Position numbers and translations under genes: made by a program. DNA of 33,500 nucleotides from a virus (taxonomy: Duplodnaviria > Caudoviricetes). The notes under the pieces are model-generated. The model searched no databases, was not told the DNA's origin, and saw only the letters and a program-made list of their open reading frames with translations. Where the stretch lies: positions 1 through 33,500 of the IMG/VR virus record IMGVR_UViG_3300044724_002115; one strand, 5' to 3'. This document shows, piece by piece, positions 28,875 to 33,500 of this stretch. Within the stretch, counting starts at the first letter, position 1. Every line of letters starts with the position of its first letter.

Positions 28875-29798
28875 TTATTTTATCCATTTATCTCTTCCTC
28901 TTAGATTCTGTAGTAATCTGCCGGGATGAATGTTACTGATTCTGATTTTAGCATTTCTAAGTAAGGATGATTTTCTTTTCTTAGCTCTTGCAATCATATA
29001 CTCTTGAACTCCAAGTTTAGAGTTTAGAATAGAATACTCAATGTAGGCATACACGTATTCCTCAAATAACTTGTTTACAGTAATTAAGCTGTTATCTCCA
29101 TTCTCCATTCCATCTGACACATACTCAAGTACACAAAGCTCATTAGCCATTCCTGAGCTGAAGTTTATCACACCACCCTTAGGGTCTATCTTAAATGTAG
29201 GATTGGAGTTGGCTGTCTCTGTATTCAATCCGTATCTTGCTCCGATAGCATAATCAAAATACCAATTCCCATCGCAGCAGTATCCTTCTTTGCCATCGTA
29301 CGGAGAGTTCTCATTCAGGTATATGCTTCTCTTGCTTCTTGTTATCCTATCATAGTCCAAGGTTGAGTGCTGAGGACTTAATGCATACCCATCAATGTCA
29401 AAAAGTATTTTGCAGTTGTTGTCCTGTAGATATGCTGAGGACCAATTAGTTTGAATATTTTCTGTAAGAGGCATAAGTAATCCATCCTTATATAAGGATA
29501 CCCTCACCCAATTTACATAATCAGATGGAAGAACAAACCTTAATGTATCACACACGCTTAGCTCTAAAATTTTTATTTCCTTAAACGCATCGTAGTTAAG
29601 CTCCTGTATAGCTCTCTTAGCGTGAAACAAAATCTTATATCTAGGTTCATTGTTTATGGCACTATGGTTTCCGTAGTACATCAACATAAAGTTGTTTACT
29701 ATATCTTCAAGAGATATGTACTGATAAGAACCCCAATTTTGGTTTTCAGGATTTAATCCTCCGTTTTCGTAGTATTGATATTGAGTTATATAAGCCAT
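28875..29798 (-). CDS. putative tail ring / tubular structural protein
   Basis: 307 aa. YISLEDIVNNF, AKRAIQEL, LPSDYVNWVRVS, LEYVSDG; directly upstream of the muzzle gene. Confidence 0.6.
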   Translation of the reverse strand: MAYITQYQYYENGGLNPENQNWGSYQYISLEDIVNNFMLMYYGNHSAINNEPRYKILFHAKRAIQELNYDAFKEIKILELSVCDTLRFVLPSDYVNWVRVSLYKDGLLMPLTENIQTNWSSAYLQDNNCKILFDIDGYALSPQHSTLDYDRITRSKRSIYLNENSPYDGKEGYCCDGNWYFDYAIGARYGLNTETANSNPTFKIDPKGGVINFSSGMANELCVLEYVSDGMENGDNSLITVNKLFEEYVYAYIEYSILNSKLGVQEYMIARAKKRKSSLLRNAKIRISNIHPGRLLQNLRGRDKWIK

Positions 29799-29807
29799 AG
29801 TTATTTA

Positions 29808-30788
29808 TTATTTTTCTCCTGCTGCGTTTTCTTGTTCCTCAGCTTGACCAAATTGTACTGCAGCTATTTCTCTTATAGACATACCTGCGTACTGTAGTAT
29901 CTTATTTACTAAGTTAGGTTCGTCATCGCTAGGTAATTCAAAGTCTTGGTAATCTACTGCGGTATCATCGAATGCAGGCTCTCCGTTGGTTAAGGATACG
30001 TAAGTCCATTTAGGTACATAAGGAAACCTGATGTACTGACAAACAACCTGACCTATTTTATTTATCTCAGTTCTAGGGAAAGCACTTAAGAGCTCTCCCT
30101 GCTCTGTGTAGGCAGGAAACATAAGCGTAGGAGCTGTTAGTATTGAGTTTTCCAACATAGTTATCTTACTGTGACTAACCCTTTCAGCTTCCTTTAGTTG
30201 ACTTGATGAGTATATAACATAAGGTTTTCTAGGTGAATCAAATACAGGGTCAGCTACAAGTAGCTCATTAGCCTGAGGGATGGCAACGATAGTAGTTGTG
30301 TAAGTTACTCCGTTAGTAACAGTAGATATAACATCTCCTGCTTGTACACCTTCTGCAATAAAGTCAGTGGATTGGTTTATAACTGATAAGCCATTTACTA
30401 TGTATCCTGTTGTGCTCCCTTCTAGCACTACCTTTCCATAAATCAATACCTTATTAATTAGGTAGTAATCATCGCTAGTAGTTGTTTGAGATGGTAGATA
30501 GTATTGGTTTGCGTAGTTACCTAATACCGCTGCATTATATTGTAGCAAAGATTTAGTTTCAGAGAATGTATCTATAACCTCCTCCAACCCCTTAGTAATG
30601 TCAGCGTACTGTGTGCCTGACAATCTTTTATTTTCTTTATTAATCTGATAGTTGTACTGATAAAAATAATCCTCAAATAAATCTAATTGAGCCTGCTTCG
30701 CAAACAAGTTAAAATCAGATGGTGATATGTAACCATAATTATTTTTATTCAAAACAGACATCACTGTTTGTCTAACCGAATTTATCAT
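29808..30788 (-). CDS. putative head-tail adaptor / tail tubular (ring) protein
   Basis: VLNKNNYGYISPSDFNLFAKQAQLDLF start and YIRFP..PKW...DFELP...LVNKILQYAGMSIRE end. Confidence 0.65.
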   Translation of the reverse strand: MINSVRQTVMSVLNKNNYGYISPSDFNLFAKQAQLDLFEDYFYQYNYQINKENKRLSGTQYADITKGLEEVIDTFSETKSLLQYNAAVLGNYANQYYLPSQTTTSDDYYLINKVLIYGKVVLEGSTTGYIVNGLSVINQSTDFIAEGVQAGDVISTVTNGVTYTTTIVAIPQANELLVADPVFDSPRKPYVIYSSSQLKEAERVSHSKITMLENSILTAPTLMFPAYTEQGELLSAFPRTEINKIGQVVCQYIRFPYVPKWTYVSLTNGEPAFDDTAVDYQDFELPSDDEPNLVNKILQYAGMSIREIAAVQFGQAEEQENAAGEK

Positions 30789-30804
30789 CTGTCTTCTTTT
30801 ACTA

Positions 30805-30812
30805 CAAAGATA
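30805..30812 (-). promoter_or_regulatory. putative Bacteroidota -7 promoter element
   Basis: TATCTTTG on the - strand just after a terminator, 16 nt before ATG 30788. Confidence 0.55.
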
Positions 30813-30815
30813 AGC

Positions 30816-30851
30816 AAAAAAAAAGACCCCTTCATTTTTCCTGAAGAGGTC
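30816..30851 (-). terminator. intrinsic terminator
   Basis: On the - strand GACCTCTTCA...TGAAGGGGTC stem followed by T9. Confidence 0.8.
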
Positions 30852-30871
30852 TTAATATGTATAGTAATATA

Positions 30872-31642
30872 TTATAATAATGATTCTAGATGCTTAAGTA
30901 CCTCTATACCATCATCACTTTTTAAATAAGATACAACCAAGTCATTTCCATCCTTACCAAAAGGAACATTCAGCATCTTAGTTTTATTATTAGAGGTATT
31001 GAACCATACCTCCTTCCCGCTCTTTCTATAGGATAATAACCCCTCAGCGAAGAATCTTTCAACCGTACCCATAATCTTTAGTTCAGGGTCGTTAACTACA
31101 TCTAAGAAGTCCTGTGGATTTCTTTTAGCAAAAACTAATACATCTCTTTTAAGCTCGGATGTTGACATAGTTGATACATCAGTTCCAAATAAAACTCTAC
31201 AGATATTCTCTAGCTGCTCTATAGATAACTTCTTAGCCTCTGATAATGCATCAGCCTCAGTCATTAATGATTCAATCTCTTCAGCAGCATCCTTAGATTT
31301 ATCTACCTCTGAAAAAGTTTTTCCGTTTAATGGGTGATAGTGTAAAAATTCTTGTAACACCTGATTGGTTCTTGAAACGTGAAGAAATCCATCCTCAAAT
31401 ACAACAGGTTCTAAGATAACATTACCATCCTGCTCATCCACAAATGGAGACTTTTGGTTTCTAGCATATCTAAGTTCTCTATTAACTCCCTCTTTGTCAT
31501 CAAACCACATTAAGGGGAATCTTGCTGAGTGCTTTGTTGGTAGCATATAAGATAAAGGTGCTACCGCTTTTTTAAGTTTGTAGTTCTTGTCAGTAAACTT
31601 AACTGTCTTTTTTGTTTTAGCTTTCGCTTTTGTTTGTTCCAT
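30872..31642 (-). CDS. hypothetical protein downstream of major capsid (256 aa; start corrected)
   Basis: The track start at 31705 runs through the capsid terminator. ATG at 31642 (MEQTKAK...) has an AT-rich leader. Confidence 0.7.
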   Translation of the reverse strand: MEQTKAKAKTKKTVKFTDKNYKLKKAVAPLSYMLPTKHSARFPLMWFDDKEGVNRELRYARNQKSPFVDEQDGNVILEPVVFEDGFLHVSRTNQVLQEFLHYHPLNGKTFSEVDKSKDAAEEIESLMTEADALSEAKKLSIEQLENICRVLFGTDVSTMSTSELKRDVLVFAKRNPQDFLDVVNDPELKIMGTVERFFAEGLLSYRKSGKEVWFNTSNNKTKMLNVPFGKDGNDLVVSYLKSDDGIEVLKHLESLL

Positions 31643-31667
31643 TATATTTAAAATTAAATTAAAATTA

Positions 31668-31703
31668 CAAAAAAAAAGGAGAGTGTCTTCAAAGACACTC
31701 TCC
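31668..31703 (-). terminator. intrinsic terminator after major capsid gene, built around the 16-bp palindrome
   Basis: On the - strand GGAGAGTGTCT-TTGA-AGACACTCTCC followed by a long T run. Confidence 0.85.
31683..31698 (+). repeat. GTGTCTTCAAAGACAC copy 7 (core of capsid terminator)
   Basis: Exact match with extended arms GGAGA/TCTCC. Confidence 0.95.
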
Positions 31704-31717
31704 AATTATATTACTTC

Positions 31718-33157
31718 TTAGTCTTGGAATAAGAAGAAGTTGTTAGCACCTAGAGTACAAACAGCTCTTTCAGATAAGAAGTGAACCTCCATAGCATCTA
31801 AGCTTGAAGTTTCTGCTCCACCTGCAGAACCTGTAATCCAAGACTTGTATCGTCTGTCTTCAGTTTCCGAAGCTCTGTATCGTACGTGCAAGAATGGTCT
31901 CTTAGCATTCTTACCTAAGATTTGGTCATACACAGAAGTTGAACCTGCAGGAACTAATAGTCCGTTGATTTCTCCTGAACCTAATCCACCTCTCATTGAA
32001 GCGTCATTCAAGTATTTCCAATCTGATTTGTAGAAGTCGTAACCTCTTCTAAATCCTGTGAATCCTAAGTTAAGTGCCATCTCTTTCTCATTGTCAAAAA
32101 GACCGTAAGAAACACCACCTGCTGCGTTGCTAGATTGTAATGCAAGCATATCATCAATATCAAAACCGAAGTCTCTATTAACAAATGTTACATTCTCCTC
32201 AATAGCACCTTGCTTATCAAGTCTTGAGATAATAGAATCCCACTCTGCTAAAGTAGTTGGGTTACCACCACCCCATACATTTCCTCTGTTCTCAACAACG
32301 TAGAAGATACCTTCTGAACCTTTGTCACCAACTGAGGCTGCTGTAACTTGAGTAGCAACACCACTGCCTGCTTCTGCAGGAACTGCTTCAATCATTGCAG
32401 TCTCAAGATAATCGTCAAAACGTAATCTTGTTTCGTGCTCAGACTTTAAGTACCAAAGATATCCTGAAGCTCCATTCTCAGTTGTAACTTCAATCCATCC
32501 GATTTGTGCCATATCAGAACCTGATACTTCGTACTTATCTTTGATGATGATTGGAGAGTTCTCGAAGATGAAATCATCAGCTTCTAAAGAGTTTTCCATT
32601 CCTGCTGTTCCTTTCTTGAACTCAGAACCGTAGATAAATACAGTAAATTCTAAACCTGCACCCGCAACCGGAATACCTGCTGCCGGATAAAAAGCCACTT
32701 TAAATGTGCTTGCAGCGTAATCTACATCAGTAACGATTCCTTTTACTGCTCCACCTCCTGCGTTGTCAGAAACGTGAACCGTCTGTCCGACTCTAATTGC
32801 GATACCACTGTTAGCTCCAAAAGCACTTGCAGTAGATACACCTGCGTTAGGGTCATCAGTAACTGTAAACGTAGCCTCATTATCATTTAATAATGCAGGA
32901 GTTGTACATTGTGTATACTTAGTGTGTAATCTTCCTTGCTCTGCCCATTTGATAAGGTCGGAGTTAGAAGGCATCTCAGCTCCTACCATTCGTAAGAAAG
33001 ATGAGATTGTTCTATTACCATATCTTTCAAATTCCTTCTCATAAGTATCAGGTAGATACTGATTCAAGAAATCAAAGTTAGTAATGTAATTTGTTTTCAA
33101 CGGTACTCTCTGAGCACTTGGTTGTAAATCAAATCCGGGTGTTGGATTAACTGCCAT
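31718..33157 (-). CDS. major capsid protein
   Basis: 479 aa, between a scaffold-like gene and a strong terminator. QYLPDTYEKEFERYG, IKWAEQGRLH, NSPIIIKDKYEVSGSD and LSERAVCTLGANNF resemble Bacteroidota phage capsids. Confidence 0.8.
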   Translation of the reverse strand: MAVNPTPGFDLQPSAQRVPLKTNYITNFDFLNQYLPDTYEKEFERYGNRTISSFLRMVGAEMPSNSDLIKWAEQGRLHTKYTQCTTPALLNDNEATFTVTDDPNAGVSTASAFGANSGIAIRVGQTVHVSDNAGGGAVKGIVTDVDYAASTFKVAFYPAAGIPVAGAGLEFTVFIYGSEFKKGTAGMENSLEADDFIFENSPIIIKDKYEVSGSDMAQIGWIEVTTENGASGYLWYLKSEHETRLRFDDYLETAMIEAVPAEAGSGVATQVTAASVGDKGSEGIFYVVENRGNVWGGGNPTTLAEWDSIISRLDKQGAIEENVTFVNRDFGFDIDDMLALQSSNAAGGVSYGLFDNEKEMALNLGFTGFRRGYDFYKSDWKYLNDASMRGGLGSGEINGLLVPAGSTSVYDQILGKNAKRPFLHVRYRASETEDRRYKSWITGSAGGAETSSLDAMEVHFLSERAVCTLGANNFFLFQD

Positions 33158-33184
33158 TTTTTTAAGTTTTTAGTTTTTAATAAT

Positions 33185-33500
33185 TTATTTTCTTTTTCTA
33201 ATTTTTAAACCACGACCTGAGTCATCGTTTAACGCTCTAATTTGCATTCCGTTGTTTGTTGTAGTAACTTCAGGAGCACGCTTCGTATCCATTTTAATAT
33301 TCTTCAACTCACGCATAGTATCATCTGCCGCTGCAGATTTACCTTGCTCATAAAAAAACTTAGCAAACTTTTCAGGATGCATTGCCATTGCTAGTGACTT
33401 ATGATACCCTGCTGCATCTACCATAATCCCATCATCATCTAAGAACTTATCTATAAAGTTCTGTGGATTCAGTTGAGCTTTCTTCAATTCAGCAGCATCA
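33185..33500 (-). CDS. putative capsid scaffolding protein (C-terminal part; truncated by window)
   Basis: Frame stays open to the window edge. FAKFFYEQGK..A pattern and basic tail; directly upstream of the capsid gene. Confidence 0.55.
   Translation of the reverse strand, partial: DAAELKKAQLNPQNFIDKFLDDDGIMVDAAGYHKSLAMAMHPEKFAKFFYEQGKSAAADDTMRELKNIKMDTKRAPEVTTTNNGMQIRALNDDSGRGLKIRKRK

Noticed and set aside
1-31698. Palindromic repeats as a CRISPR array or MITE/IS ends
   Set aside because: Copies are kilobases apart with no regular spacers. No cas or transposase gene and no consistent target-site duplication.
31643-31705. ORF-track start giving MESVFEDT... for the 277-aa ORF
   Set aside because: Non-ATG start that runs through the capsid terminator and poly-T. 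ATG at 31642 is more plausible.
1-33500. Stop-codon reassignment as in some crAss-like phages
   Set aside because: Genes are long and tightly packed under the standard code, and TAG ends several genes (1750, 2841, 6993, 9055) right at gene boundaries.
1-33500. tRNA, rRNA, integrase, DNA polymerase, terminase, portal, lysis genes, diversity-generating retroelement
   Set aside because: No recognisable motifs for any of these in the window; they may lie outside it.

Overview
This window is part of a tailed dsDNA phage genome. It looks podovirus-like, with a morphogenesis module resembling crAss-like/Flavobacteriia phages. A Bacteroidota host is likely: start codons have A-rich leaders without Shine-Dalgarno motifs, and TAnnTTTG promoter elements are present. 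Two gene blocks converge at about 8.9 kb. The + strand block (1-8899) is a replication/recombination module: Sak-like annealing protein, PD-(D/E)XK exonuclease, SSB-like protein, primase-SF3 helicase, SNF2-like helicase, VRR-NUC nuclease and two DnaA-C-terminal-like HTH proteins. The - strand block (33500-8873) is the virion module: scaffold, major capsid, ring/tail tubular proteins, a split muzzle/stabilization protein, a GNAT, and three ejection proteins including a 3293-aa polyvalent protein with a zincin motif. The most striking unexplained signal is an invariant 16-bp near-palindrome, GTGTCTTCAAAGACAC. It occurs 7 times in full plus once cut by the window edge, both between genes and inside reading frames, which suggests a genome-wide protein-binding-site system. 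Also notable are the apparent absence of CCAG/CTGG and GATC, and two small ORFs missing from the ORF track. All product calls come from motif recognition by eye; no database search was run.
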